Notes under the pieces: generated by a model
The model's database searches: none
Told to the model about the DNA's origin: nothing
Seen by the model: the letters and a program-made list of their open reading frames with translations, nothing else
Source: Chiloscyllium plagiosum
Taxonomy: Eukaryota
Direction: 5' to 3'
DNA: 62,758 nucleotides
Assembly (NCBI RefSeq): GCF_004010195.1
Contig: NC_057720.1
Location: 7,863,117 to 7,925,874 of the forward strand
In this document: positions 11,239 through 23,489 of the stretch, in pieces
How positions within the stretch are numbered: the stretch's first letter is position 1
Layout of the letters: the number at the start of each line of letters is the position of its first letter
Position numbers and translations under genes: made by a program

Positions 11239-13409
11239 CCTTAATAGAGGTCCAAGGTTTGGAAGGTGCTGTTGAAGGGGTTTTGAAAAGTTGCTGCAGT
11301 GCATCTTGTTGATGGTTAGCACTGTTGCCACTGCATTTCCATGGCGAAGGGAGCAAATGTTTAGGTATGTGGATGAGGTATTAATCAAGCTGATGTTTTG
11401 TCCTGGATGTTGCTGAACTTTGTGGGCTGCACCCATCCAGGTTACTGGAGAATATTCAATCACACTCGTGACTTGTGCCTCATACATGGTGGACAGGCTT
11501 TGGGGAGTCAGGATGTGAGTTACCAAATGCGGTATTTCCTAGCCTCTGATCTGCTCTCGTAGCTACTGTATTTATATGACTAGTCTAATTCACTTTCTGG
11601 TCAAGTTTGAGATGTTGATTGGGTTCAGGGAGTGTAATCCTCTTGAATGTGATAGTTGTGATAAAGTAATAGGTGGATTCTCTCTTGTTTGTGATGTTCA
11701 TTATCTGTTGCAACACAAATGTCACTTGTGGCCAATCAGCTCATGCTTGAATGTTGGATTTTATGTTTAAGGTTTGTATCTCCTGCCCAATGGAAGAGGT
11801 TGGAAGAGATTATAACCGGAATGGGAGGGGTCTTTGAACAAGTTAGCTGCCTTCGCGAGGCAGCAAGAAGAACAGATGGAGTCAAAGGTTGGGTTGCGTG
11901 ATGGACTGGGCTGTGTTCACAACTTGCTGTAGCTGCTAATGGTCCTGGGCAGAGCAGGTGCTGTACCAAGCAGTGATGTATCTGGAGAGAGTGCTTTCTA
12001 TGATGGGAGTTTACTGAGTGCAATTCAACTTTTGAATTTCCCACATTATAACAGTGTCTCTGTTTCAAGAGAACAGCAGATGGTGTAGAGCACCCTGGAG
12101 CTTCCTGAGGCTGTGAAAGATGCTATAAGAATGCAATTTTTTAAGAAGGAACCATCTGTAGCGAGACAGGCCTCGCAGAGTCATCGTGCTTTGGAGCTTG
12201 GGGCAAATTAAAGAGTCAAATCTTGCAGGTCCCCATTTATTTGCTGCAGGCGGATCGAGTCCATGAGAATAAATTGAGCAGGTTTGCTCACCAAGGAGTG
12301 AAAGTGACCTCTGCGGCATCAAGTATTCTGGCATGTGCAGTCGCAGGAGAATTCTACTACTGTGCACTCCACTTCTTGAGAGTTTCTGCCAGGCTTAGTT
12401 ACAATCATGAGACCTGTTTGAAACAGGCAACCCCCATATTTAAATAACATTTACAGGAAAATGCATTCCGAATGGGGCTGATTGGGATGCTGGATTTTTA
12501 ATAGACTTGGTAATTAAAAGACTAATTGAAATCACTTGCAGCAATAAGTTTTGTACCACAGCAGAGACCATTTTCCATGAATAAATGTTAACAACTGCAA
12601 TTTAATTTGCTCAGGTAGGCCACTGATTGGATATGTACACAGGAACAGGAGTAGACGATTCAGGCCCAGGTTTGCTCTACCATTTAAAACAATCATGGCT
12701 GATCTATTATTGTTATTCACTCTTTGGGTGTGATCATGATTGACTGTGCTAGCATTTATTGCCTGAACCTAGTTGCCCATTGAGAAGGTGTTAGTGAGCT
12801 GCCTTCCTGAACCGCTGCAGTCCATGTGCTGTGGGTAGACCCACAATGTGGTTTGGGAGCTAACTCCAGGTGTTTGATCCAGTGGCAGTAAAGGAACAGC
12901 GACAAATTTCCAAGTCAGGACGGTGAGTGTCTTGGAGAGGAACTTGCAGGCGGCAATATTCCCATCAATCGGCTGCCTTTATCCATCTTCCTGTATCCAT
13001 ATAGTGGAAAATTGCTTACGTCATGGAGTGCCTCAAACATTTCTAATGTTACAAGGAGTGGTATGGTGGTTGAGTGGTTAGCATTGCTGGGGATCTGGGT
13101 TGAACGCTGTTTGGATGGCCAGTGTGGACTCGTTGGACCAAATGGACAGCTTCCACATAGTAAGGATTCTATGATTTTGAGTGATTTTACTTCCTTCTCC
13201 TGTTCCTTCTGGGACAAAGTTCTGGAATTCCCTCCCAAATAGCACAATGGGTATATCTACAGCGCACAGACTGCAACAAATGAAGAAAGCAACTCTCTAT
13301 CACCTTCTGCAGAGAGCTTAAGACTGAGTGATAAAGGCTGGTCAGGGGTGTATCGCAATATAATATAAAATAATTTTTTTGTGAACACAAGGATGCTTAC
13401 TCAGCCAGG

Positions 13410-13697
13410 TAAAAACAATGACTGTAGATGCTAGAAACCAGAGTCTAGATTAGAGTGGTGCTGGAAAAGCACAGCAGTTCAGGCAGCATCTGAGGAGCAG
13501 TAAGATCGACGTTTCGGGTCAAAGCCCTTCATCAGGAATACAACAGGCAGACAGCCTGAAGAGTAGAGAGATGAGTGAGAGGAGGGTGGGGGTAGGGAGA
13601 AAGTAGCATAGAGTTGCAGTGGGAGAGGGACTCCCTGAGATTCTTGTAGAGAGAGGAGGAAAACTTTTTCAAGGCAGGCATCCTTGCAAGAGGATTC
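13410..13697 (-). mobile_element. PLE family A variant (TCTAGATTAGAG subfamily), 3' fragment
   Basis: GAGTCTAGATTAGAGTGGTGCTGGAAAAGCACAGC...GACGTTTCGGGTCAAAGCCCTTCATCAGGAAT. Confidence 0.8.
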
Positions 13698-14390
13698 GTA
13701 CCCCTACTGTACTCCCTGCACACCCATGACTGTGTGGCCAAATTTCGTCCAACCGCCAACTCCAAGTTCACTGACAATACCACAGTTGTAGGCCAGATCT
13801 CAAACAATGACAAGACAGAATACAGTGCTTGGTGATAGAGTGCTTGGTGCTGTGGTCCAAAGATAACAATCTCTCCCTCAATGTCAGCAAAACTAATGAG
13901 CTGATCATCGGCTTCAGTGGAATGCATTCTATCTGGGTGCATCACGGCTTGGAATGGCAACTGCTCTGCTCAGGACCGTAAGAAACTACAGGAAGTTGTG
14001 AACACAGCCCAGACCATCACACAAGCCAAATTCCCATCCAATGACTCCATCTACACTTCTCATTGCTGTGAAAAAGCAGACACAGAGCCTCCCACTCCGG
14101 TTGTAATCTATTCTACCATCTCCCGTCAGGCAGGAGTTACAAAAGCTTTAACACACGGGCCAACAGGTTCAAGAACAGCTTCTTCCCTGCTGTTTTAGAC
14201 TGCTGAATGAACCTCTCTAATTTCAAATCTAATGTTGATCTTGCTTTTGTACACCTTCCCTGCAGCTGTAACTTTGTATGGCTCACTTAAAAGGTGTCCT
14301 TTTAAGCTATGACCTGCCTGCATTGCTGACAAAACAAAACACTTCAATGTTCCCAGGTACATGTGACAACAATAAATACATCAAATCAAT
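13698..14390 (+). mobile_element. Rex1/Babar LINE 3' fragment
   Basis: LYSLHTHDCVAKF, KFTDNTTVVG, ILSGCITAWNGNCSAQDRKKLQEVVNTAQTIT; AATAAA...ATCAAATCAA tail. Confidence 0.85.
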
Positions 14391-14399
14391 GCAAAGAGT

Positions 14400-14600
14400 T
14401 TGTGACCAAATAATCTATGTTCGTGATGTTGCTTGAGGGATAAAAATTAGCCGAGGCACGAGGGGAACTGCTATTGCTCTTTAGATTGGTTTGGTGGAAT
14501 CTTTTAACAACGTTGTGAAGCAGACAGGGCATTGGTTTAACTTCCCATCTGAAAGATAGCACCTTCCACAGTGCATCACTGGGAGTGTCAGCTGTAATTA
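14400..14600 (-). mobile_element. Deu-domain SINE (SacSINE1/AmnSINE1-like) fragment
   Basis: Reverse strand GCACTGTGGAAGGTGCTATCTTTCAGATGGGAAGTTAAACC...TTTATCCCTCAAGCAACATCAC resembles the Deu domain. Confidence 0.7.
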
Positions 14601-15444
14601 TGAGGTTACGTCCTGTTTTGAATTTGATCCCTACACAAAAGCAATAGTATGACTGAACTGTGCTTGTCACTGATCTTGTGAAGATTGAATCATTTAATGG
14701 CTTTTGGGATCTTTCTGTATCCAAGGCAGCAGTATAAATAAAGATTAGTACATTTTAGAAAAACAAAGGCAATTTATTCCTTGTTTAGCTTGTACATGAG
14801 ACACACGATAAGGTGTTTATACGCTCAAGTCTTCCTTTATCATTTTCTATTTGTGAAGCACAGCACGGGTAATCTCTGGAATGTTCCGAGGGCTTTTTGC
14901 TCCTCCAAGTAGCCAGTTTAACATTTAATGTTGTGAAGCAGGGCATTTCTACACTATCTCTGTATGTAACCATGACACCTAACTGGGTTATAATTGTATC
15001 AGAAGAAAAAAATATTAAACACTCAGCGGATTCATTTCAAACAAACAATGATTAAATGAAATAACAAATACATGGGCAAATAATATTTATCCTCTTCGTC
15101 AGAAAAGCAGAATATTTTGTGATACTATTCTTTTTATGCAAATAGCCCTCATGAAACATTCCCTTTGAACTCCACACTTGGTTTGCATTGTAAATCAGTT
15201 TGATGCAGTTACCTCAAAAGAGTTCTCAGATGAGTCTAAGAGGCTCATTAACGCGTCCAACGGTGACTTCTGGAAAGGCTGCTTACTTCGTAAGCAATTC
15301 TGGGGAAGAACCATTGGGGTAAAACTGTTTTGTTTAAGAAAAATAGTTCTTATTTCCTTATTTAAACATGGTCAGATTTACTCTGGAAGTGCGGGGGTTC
15401 AGTGGAGTGAGTTGCTGTAGCAGGTTGTCCTGCTTACAAGGTAT

Positions 15445-15790
15445 TTTTTATTCATTCACAGGATGTGGGCGTCACCAAGGAAGCATGTATTGCCCATCCC
15501 TAATTGACCTGAGGACGGTTAAGAGTTGACCACATTGCTGTGAGTCTGGAGTCACATGTAGTCCAGACCAGGTATAGATGACAGTTTCCTTCCCTCAGGG
15601 ACATTAGTGAACCTGATAGGTTTTTTCAACAATTGACAATGGTTTCATGGTCATCAGCAGACCCTTAATTTTAAAAAAATGAATTCAAATTCCACCACCT
15701 GCCATGGCAGGATTTGAACCCAGGTCCCGTGAACATCATCTAAGTCTCTGGATAAACAGTCAAGCAATAACACCAGAATGCCATTGCTTC
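15445..15790 (-). mobile_element. tRNA-derived SINE (second family)
   Basis: B box GGTTCAAATCC on reverse strand; body CCTACATGTGACTCCAGAC-like; tail ATTAGGGATGGGCAAT...TGAATGAATAAAAAA. Confidence 0.8.
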
Positions 15791-15971
15791 CTGCTATAAT
15801 AGCATTATAGTTACACTGACAAACCAGCAAACAATAATTGTTTTGAAATTTAACTTGAAGAACAGTTTGCAGCTCCAAATGTAACAAAACAATCCATCAC
15901 AGAAAGTATTTGATGCGGAGTTACATAAGGAAATGGGGTGGGAATTGAGTGTTTGGTTAAGGAGGGTAGGT

Positions 15972-16379
15972 GGAGAGAGTGAGGACAGCAGATGCTGGAG
16001 ATCAGAGCTGAAAATGTGTTGCTGGAAAAGCGCAGCAGGTCAGGCAGCATCCAAGGAACAGGAGAATCGACGTTTCGGGCATAAGCCCTTCTTCAGGAAT
16101 GAGGAAAGTGTGTCCAGCAGGCTAAGATAAAAGGTAGGGAGGAGGGACTTGGGGGAGGGGCATTGGAAATGCGATAGGGGAAAGGAGGTCAAGGTGAGGG
16201 TGATAGGCCGGAGTGGGGTGTGGGCGGAGAGGTCAGGAAGAAGATTGCAGGTTAGGAAGGCGGTGCTGAGTTCGAGGGATTTGACTGAGACAAGATGAGG
16301 GCAGGGGAAATGAGGAAACTGGAGAAATCTGAGTTCATCCCTTGTGGTTCCTCGGCGGAAGATGAGGCGTTCTTCCTCC
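15972..16379 (-). mobile_element. PLE family A 3' fragment
   Basis: LEEERLIFR (GIY-YIG C-terminus) plus terminus; TSD AGGAGGGTARGT at 15960-15971 and 16380-16391. Confidence 0.9.
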
Positions 16380-16579
16380 AGGAGGGTAAGTCTAAAGAAT
16401 GTCCTAATGGATGAGACCAAAGTGAAGCAGTTTAGGAGGAAACTTCAGAGTTTGGTCAAACCTCCTTCACCACCCCCCACCCACCCAAGATGACTGGAGG
16501 CACAGTTGGCAGTGGTTGGACAATGGGCAAAAAGACCAGGCAAATGATGGGGATGAAAGCTATTTATTGTAAACCATCT

Positions 16580-16930
16580 CTTCTTTATTCATTCACGGGA
16601 TGAGGGTGTCGCTGGCTAGGCAGCATTCATTGCTCATCCCTAATTGCCCAGAGGACAGTTAAGTATCAACCACATTGCTGTGGGTCTGGAGTCACATGTA
16701 GGCCAGACCAGGTAAGGATGGCAGTTTCCTTCCCTAAAGGACATTAGTGAATTAGATGGATTTTTCCTGACACCTAACAATGGATTCCTGGTCATCATTA
16801 GATTCTTAATTCCAGGTAATTGTTGAATTCAAATTCCACCATCTGCTTTCAAATCCAGGTCCCCAGAATGTTCTCTAGGTCTCTGGATTAACAGTCCAGA
16901 GATAGTTCCACTCGACCATCACCTTCCCAT
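16580..16930 (-). mobile_element. tRNA-derived SINE (second family)
   Basis: Colinear with 15445-15790; further copies at about 45500-45930, 46030-46340, 53635-54165 and 59140-59420. Confidence 0.8.
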
Positions 16931-17439
16931 CCACCTCTCGTGTTCAGGATGATATACGACTTAGTTGACTCATGATTGTATGTTTGACTCTTGTTGCAAC
17001 TAACCTCAAATGTACAAAGAACAAAGAGAACAAAGAAAATTTACAGCCCAGGAACAGGCCCTTCGGCCCTCCAATCCAAATCTACTGTCTAAACCTGTTG
17101 CCCAATTCCTAAGCATTTGTATCCCTCTGCTCCCCACTTACTCATGCATTTGTCCAGACACATCTTAAAACAATCTACCGTGCCTACCTCTATCACCTCT
17201 GCTGGCAACACCATATAGAGGAGTCACAGTCACCAGTAAATAACAAATACTTGCTGGTGATGGACAGCTCCTGAGAACTACATCTGTGACGGCTTGTGAT
17301 TCTGGTGAAAACTTGTCAACAACATGAAACCGCATCTCCACCAATGTTGCCTGATCTCACATTGCCGTTACTTGCCTCTCCTTTTTTAAAAATAAACCCT
17401 TATGGCTTCTTCAATGAATGGTTCATTCACTCTGAAGTT

Positions 17440-17706
17440 GCATCATAGAATCCTTTCAGTGACGGAGCAGGCCACTTGGCCCATCATGCCCACACTGACC
17501 CTCCGAAGAGCATCTCTCCGCAGCCCTGCCTTTCCTATGGTTAATCCACCTAACCTGCAAATCTTTGGACTGTGTGAGGAAAATGGAGTACCCGGAGGAA
17601 ATCCATGCAAACACGGGGAGAATGTGCAAACTCCACTCAGATAATCACCCAACTGAACCCAGGTCCCTAGTGCTGTGAGGCAGCAGTGCTAACCACTGAG
17701 CCACCC
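17440..17706 (-). mobile_element. HE1-type SINE
   Basis: Reverse strand GTGGCTCAGTGGTTAGCACTGCTGCCTCACAGC head and V-domain. Confidence 0.88.
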
Positions 17707-18369
17707 AACATTGAGATTGGTGCTATGCAGGGCCGAATGGCCTACAGCTGCCAATTGTTCATTCATTGGGAGTTGCCAGCAGATACTTCCTTATCTCCTC
17801 AATAAGTCTGTGATGTACTGTCACACAGAAGGAGGCGATTCGATCCAGTGTGCCTGTGTTGGTTCTTTGAAAAGGACGGGTTATTAGTCCTAATTCTCTT
17901 TCCCTAAAAACCTTTTTTATAAGGTATATCCCATATTCTTTGGAAAGTTGCCAAGGAACTTGTTTCCACCAGTGCCTTCAGGCAGTGCATTCCCAGTGAC
18001 TAGCTGCGTAAAGAAAATTGGCTCAACTCTCTTTCGATTCTTTTGCTAATTAAGTCACATTTGAGTCCGTTGGCTATCTATCATCGGTCTAACCAGGTTC
18101 ACCTTATTTACATTGTCAAGATTCATCATAATTTTGAAATGAAATTACCGTGGTAAAGGTAAAAACTGAATCATGTGTGCATCATGGTTTATCACAGTTT
18201 ATTTCCCACTACCAGCTGTGTTAACTGAGCTCAGAGGAAAGAACAATTATAGTTGGCATGAGTCTTTCTATATTAAACCACAAATCAGGCACGATTCCTA
18301 TTTCGCATTGCTGCCCTTTCCCTGTCATCTGTCAGCAGATCCTCACTTGAAACTGTTGTAGAAAGTCTG

Positions 18370-18582
18370 AATCCTGAGATTTGAACACAGATACAGGCTA
18401 ACTGCAGGGTTCAGTACTGAGGGAATGCTGCACTACCAGTGATAGTTCCTTTCACGCATGACATTAAACCCAGGCCCCTCTCAAGTCAATGTTCAAGAAC
18501 ATAAGCGGTTGTCTTGAAAAAGACGAGGGGCAGGTTAGCTCTGGTGCCTTGTTCCACATTTATGTCCCAACCAACATCACTT
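18370..18582 (+). mobile_element. Deu-domain SINE fragment
   Basis: CAGTACTGAGGGAATGCTGCACT...ACATTAAACCCAGGCCCC...TTTATGTCCCAACCAACATCACT. Confidence 0.7.
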
Positions 18583-18849
18583 TGTTGTAAATAAGGGCAA
18601 AATACGTGTGGAGGCTAGAGATGTGAAAGGAAGGGTAGAGAAACTCAGCAGGTCTGGCGGCATTTGTGAAGAGAGAAACACAGTTGATGCTTCGAGTCTG
18701 GTATGACTCTTGTTCAGAATGAGCAGTTCTGGTGTTCTGAAGAAGACACTCACCATGTTAACTCTGTCATGTTGGAGGCCAGTTAGCTGGTTTGTAAAGC
18801 AAAGTCATGCCAACAGCATGGTTTTAATTCCTGCACTGACTCAGGTTAT

Positions 18850-20423
18850 TGAATTGAATTGAATTGAATTTATAGTCACGTGTACCGAGGCACAGTGAAA
18901 AGCTTTGTCTTGCAAGCAATACAGGCAGGTCACAGATTTAAGTAGCATAGATAAGTAAATAATAGGTAAACAGCGGCAAAAACAAAAACACAGGTCCAGG
19001 CAAATGTTAAGAGTTTGTGAGTCCATTCAGTATTCTAACAACAGCAGGGTAGGAACTGTTCCAAAACTGACTGGTGTGCGTGCGTTCAGGCTTCTGTACC
19101 TTCTCCCTGATGGTCGAGGTTGTAGAAAAACATTGCCAGGGTGGGATGGATCTTTGAGAATGCTTTCCTTGACATTGGGCCTGGTAGATGGATTCTATAG
19201 ATGGGAGATTGGCCTTTGTGATTTTATGGGCCGAGTTCACCACTCTCTGTATCCATCTCTGATCTTGAATGGTACAGTTGCCATACCAGATAGTAATACA
19301 TCCAGACAGAATGCTCTTGATGGCGCACCTATAAAAATTGGCAAGGGTATTCGCCATCTTGCCAAATTTCCTCAGCTGCCTGAGGAAGAAGAGACATTGT
19401 TGGGCCTTTGTAACTAGTGTGCCCACATGAAAAGTCCAAGAAAGCTTGTTGTGGATGAACACTCCCGGGATTTTGACACTCTCCACTCGTTCCACCTCTG
19501 TGCTGTTAATGTGTAGGGGGGCATGAGTAACATCCTGCCGAAAGTCAATAATGGATCCTTCGTTTTGCCAGCATTGAGAGCTAGGTTGTTCTCAGTGCAC
19601 CATTTCTCCAGGTCTTCCACCTCCCGTCTGTAGTCCGTTTCATCGCCATTTGAGATTTGACCGACTATGATGGTGTCATCAGCGAACTTGTAAATGGCAT
19701 TAGTCTGGTATTTGGCAATGCAGTCATGGGCATACAGTGAGTACAGTCGGGGGCTGAGTACGCTTCCCTGAAGGATGGAATATTGTCTCCAATCTTCACA
19801 GGATCACTAAATTTAGTAATCAGTCTCGCGGGGATAATAATGTTGAAGGCTGAGCTGTAGTCAAGAGTAGGATTCTTATGTAGCTGTTCTTGGTATCAAG
19901 ATGTTCTAGGGAGGAGTGAAGGGTAAGTAATATGGCATCTGATGTGGATCTGTTGGTCCGATAGGCAAATTGGAGTGGGCCAAGAGTATTGGTGAGGCTG
20001 GAGTTGATTAATGTCTAGATTAGAGTGGTGCTGGAAAAGCACAGCAGATCAGGCAGCATCTGAGGATCAGGAAAAATCGACATTTTGGACAAAAGTCCTT
20101 CATCAGAAATGAAGTGGAGCTGATTAATGGCCATGACCAACCTTTCAAAGCACTTCATGACCTCCGAAGTTAGGTCTATTGGGCGGTAATCATTGAGACA
20201 TGCTGCAAGAACCTTCTTAGCCACAGGGATGATGTGACCTCTTGAAACAGGCAGGGACAGTGGCCTGCTGCAGGGAGAGGTTGAAGATGTCTGAGAAGAC
20301 CTCTGCCAGTTGATCTGCGCATGCTCTGAGTGAACGGCCTGGTACTCCATCTGGTCCCATCGCTTTCCTTGGATTCACATGAAGAAAAATTGATCTGACC
20401 TCTGATGCAGTGACTGTTATCAT
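18850..20423 (-). mobile_element. Rex1/Babar LINE RT region, 5'-truncated, inserted into a SINE and itself carrying a PLE insert (20014-20114)
   Basis: [77 protein letters not shown]; (CAATT)n 3' tail. Confidence 0.92.
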
Positions 20424-20682
20424 TAAGGACCATCCTTCTCAATCTCTCCCCTCACTAGAGGAATGGTGATCCTCAATTTAACCCATGACTAATCATGAAT
20501 CTCTCTAATGGGGTGGTGGGACTATAGTGAATTTATTTTCTTACTAATTTTTTAAAAGGTGTGATATAAACGTAAGTTTTTTTTTCTGTTGCATAATATC
20601 CATATTAGTATGAGTCAGGATGTTCCATTTGCAGCTTCTGGGTAAGGATGGAAAAGGCTGAACTGTGATGTCTCTGCAGTCA

Positions 20683-21185
20683 AGATTACAGTGGTGCTGG
20701 AAAAGCACAGCAGGTCAGACAGCATCTGAGCAGCTGCAAAGTTGATGTTTTGGGCAAAAGCCCTTCATCAGGAATGAGGCAGGGAGCCTCCGGGATGGAG
20801 AGATAAATGGGAGGGGTTTGGAGCTGGGGGAAGATAGCTGAGAGTGCATTAGGTGGATGGAGGTGGGGATAAAGGTGATAGGTCAGACAGGAGGGTGGAG
20901 CGGATAGGTGGGAAGGGAGATTGACAACCGGACAGGCCATGAGGATGGTGCTGAGTTGGAAGGTTGGAACTGGGTTAAAGCAGCAGGAGGGGAAATGAGG
21001 AAACTGGTGAAGTCTACATTGATGCCATGGGGTTGAAGAGTCCCGAGGCGGAAGAAGAGTCAGATGGTGAGGGAGTGGCAATGGAGGAGGCCCAGAACCT
21101 GCATGTTCTCGATAGAGCGGGAGAGGGAGTTGAGATGTTTGACTACGGGGTGGTGGGGTTGATTGGTGCAGGTGTCCCAGGATGC
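20683..21185 (-). mobile_element. PLE family A 3' fragment (end of GIY-YIG plus terminus)
   Basis: Colinear with 15972-16379 and 21965-22478. Confidence 0.85.
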
Positions 21186-21756
21186 CTACTGTGATGACTG
21201 CAGCTGAGTGGCTTTCTGAATTCCAGAGCAACCAGCAGTGGAAATAAATGGATGCTTTGTTTAAAGGGCTTTTTGCACTGAAGTCTCCTTCTGTTTTGTG
21301 AGATTATAGGATTGCACTTACAGGAAAGCGGAAGCTGCTGGACACTGAGCCAATAATTACTTTCATGTACAAATGGACAGCTCTCGTCAGCACTCCTTTA
21401 GAAGCAGAAGTAGGCAGGGGTTGGGGAAATGAAAAAAATAAAAATATTCTAAAGTAAACTGTGCATTTTCCTTCTGAATATCATTAGAATTCAGAAGGTA
21501 CCTTGAAATCTGCAAGGGTATTCAATCTCTGTTGAAGAAACTTGTCATTGAGAATATAGAAACAGGACAAAGTCACACAGGTTCTGTTTTGACATAGAAT
21601 CCCTCCAATTTGGAAACAAGCCATTCAGTCCATCGAGCCCACACTGACCCTCTAAAGAGTGTCCCACCCAGCCCCAGCCCCCTATCATATCCCGACATTC
21701 CCCATGGCTAATCCACCTAGTCTGCACATCCCTGGACACTATGGGCAATTTAGCAT

Positions 21757-21900
21757 GGAGAAAGTGAGGACTGCAGATGCTGGAGATCAGAGCTGAAAAA
21801 TGTGGTGCTGGAAAAGTGCAGCAGGTCAGGCAGCATCCAAGGAGCAGGAGAATCGACGTTTCGGGCATAAGCCCTTCTTCAGGAATTAGCATTTATTTCT
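21757..21900 (-). mobile_element. PLE family A terminal monomer
   Basis: TSD ATTTAGCATGG at 21748-21758 and 21901-21911. Confidence 0.9.
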
Positions 21901-21964
21901 ATTTAGCATGGCCAATCTACCACATCTTTGGACACTGGAAGGAAACTGGAAAACCCAGAAGAAA

Positions 21965-22478
21965 GGATCATTTCAGAAAACATCTCTGGGATACCCGCAC
22001 CCACCAACCCCACCATCCCCTGGCTGAACACTTCAACTCCCCCTTCCACTCCGTCAAGAACATGCATGTCCTGGGCCTCCTCCACTGTCAAACCGTTACC
22101 ACCTGGCGCCTGGAGGAAGAACATTTATATTCCACCTTGGGACCCTGTAATATGGATTTCAACAGCTTCCTCATTTCCCCTCCCCCCACATTATCCCAGT
22201 TCCACCACAGTACCACCCTCCGTACCTGTCCATCACTCCCCCCCAACCTATTACTTTCTCTGTCACATTCATCCACCTATTGTTTTCTCAGGTACTTTCC
22301 CCCAACCCCACCCCCCTCCCATTTACCTCTTATCCCCGGCCCACAAGCCTCATTCCTGTTGAAGGGCTTATGCCCAAGATGTCGATTCTCCTGCTCCTCG
22401 GATGCTGCCTGACCTGTTGTGCTTTCCCAGCACCACACTCTCGACTCTGATCTACAGCATCTGCAGTCCTCACCTGCA
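21965..22478 (+). mobile_element. PLE family A 3' fragment encoding the GIY-YIG C-terminal half
   Basis: HFRKHLWD...PLAEHFNSPFHS..MHVLGLLH...RLEEEHL; TSD CCAGAAGAAA at 21955-21964 and 22479-22488. Confidence 0.9.
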
Positions 22479-22874
22479 CCAGAAGAAACCCACACAAACA
22501 TGGGGAGAATGCGCAAAAGGCACACAGACAGTTACCCAAGGGTGGAATTGAACCCAGGTCCCTGGCGCTGTGAGGCAACAGTGCTAACCACTAAGCCACG
22601 ATGCTTTAAATCATGGTTGATTTGTGCTTTAACTCCATTAATGCGCTTCGGTTTCAAAAAACTAAAATGATCTTGAGGAACAAACATCTATCAATATGAG
22701 AATTACTTGTTCCTCTTTCGGTCAGTATTCCTGTCAAATGACCTGCTGAGTCTAAGATATTAGAGTTTGAACAAAATGCACCTTTTTCAGTGAGTATTTT
22801 AGAATGGCAATGTTCATTTAACTCCCTGTCCCATCAGCTTTTTGGAGAAAGGAATTCCACTATAAAGAATGAGA

Positions 22875-23285
22875 AATAGACTTACATTTATATGGCGCCT
22901 GTCACAAACCCCAGATCTCCAAAACTCCTTTCCAGTCAATGAAGAAGTCTTGAAGTTCTCCTGTAATGAAAAAAAAGGCTCCCAATTTGCTTTCCATCAC
23001 TCCCAACAACAGCAATATGATATTCAGACCAGCTAAGCTCTTGTGATGCTGTATGTGGGAGAAATATTAATCAGGACAGTGGGTAGAGCTCCATGCTTTC
23101 CTCTGAAATTGTACCATGAGCTTTTTAAACCCTCCTGAGAGATCAGAAGTTGCTTTGAGTTTCAATCTCATGCCAATGGTGCAACGTGACTTTGTCGAAT
23201 GTCTGTGCAATTTTTCACATTCAAGCTCCAGGGTGGGATTTGGACTAGCAGACATCTGTCTCAATGTTACCCTCTGAACTGAAAC
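22875..23285 (-). mobile_element. Deu-domain SINE, near full length, old
   Basis: Reverse strand ends GTGACAGGCGCCATATAAATGTAAGTC; Deu-like core CCTGATTAATATTTCTCCCAC..CAGCATCAC. Confidence 0.65.
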
Positions 23286-23489
23286 TGTTAGATCTATTGT
23301 GCAAGAGGAGCGTCAACATGTTAACAGTACAGTCTTAGTTCTAGTTTTAAAGTTGTCTCCCATTTTGGGATTCGGATCAGCTACCAAGATAGCACAGACT
23401 ACCATCTCCCTGCCATCCCACTCCCACATCCCACGTGAAAATCTTGGAGAACAAATAGTTTATGAAAGTGAGAGTTATGCAGCAAAGTC

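Larger units (their letters stand above)
9655..11760 (-). mobile_element. Second LINE family (CR1/L2 group), 3' RT fragment, split by a PLE
   Basis: ORF HILTPQSLSTMYEAQVTSVIEYSPVTWMGAA; same family as 25370-27365. Confidence 0.7.
21593..22601 (-). mobile_element. HE1-type SINE containing two independent PLE insertions
   Basis: SINE pieces at 21593-21758, 21901-21964 and 22479-22601 join into one copy. Confidence 0.88.

Noticed and set aside
12319..12413. Minus-strand acceptor-like site (TTGCCTGTTTCAAACAG) followed by a short frame LMIVTKPGRNSQEVECTVVEFSCDCTCQNT-stop
   Set aside because: No recognisable homology and no partner exons found; needs RNA-seq or BLAST support
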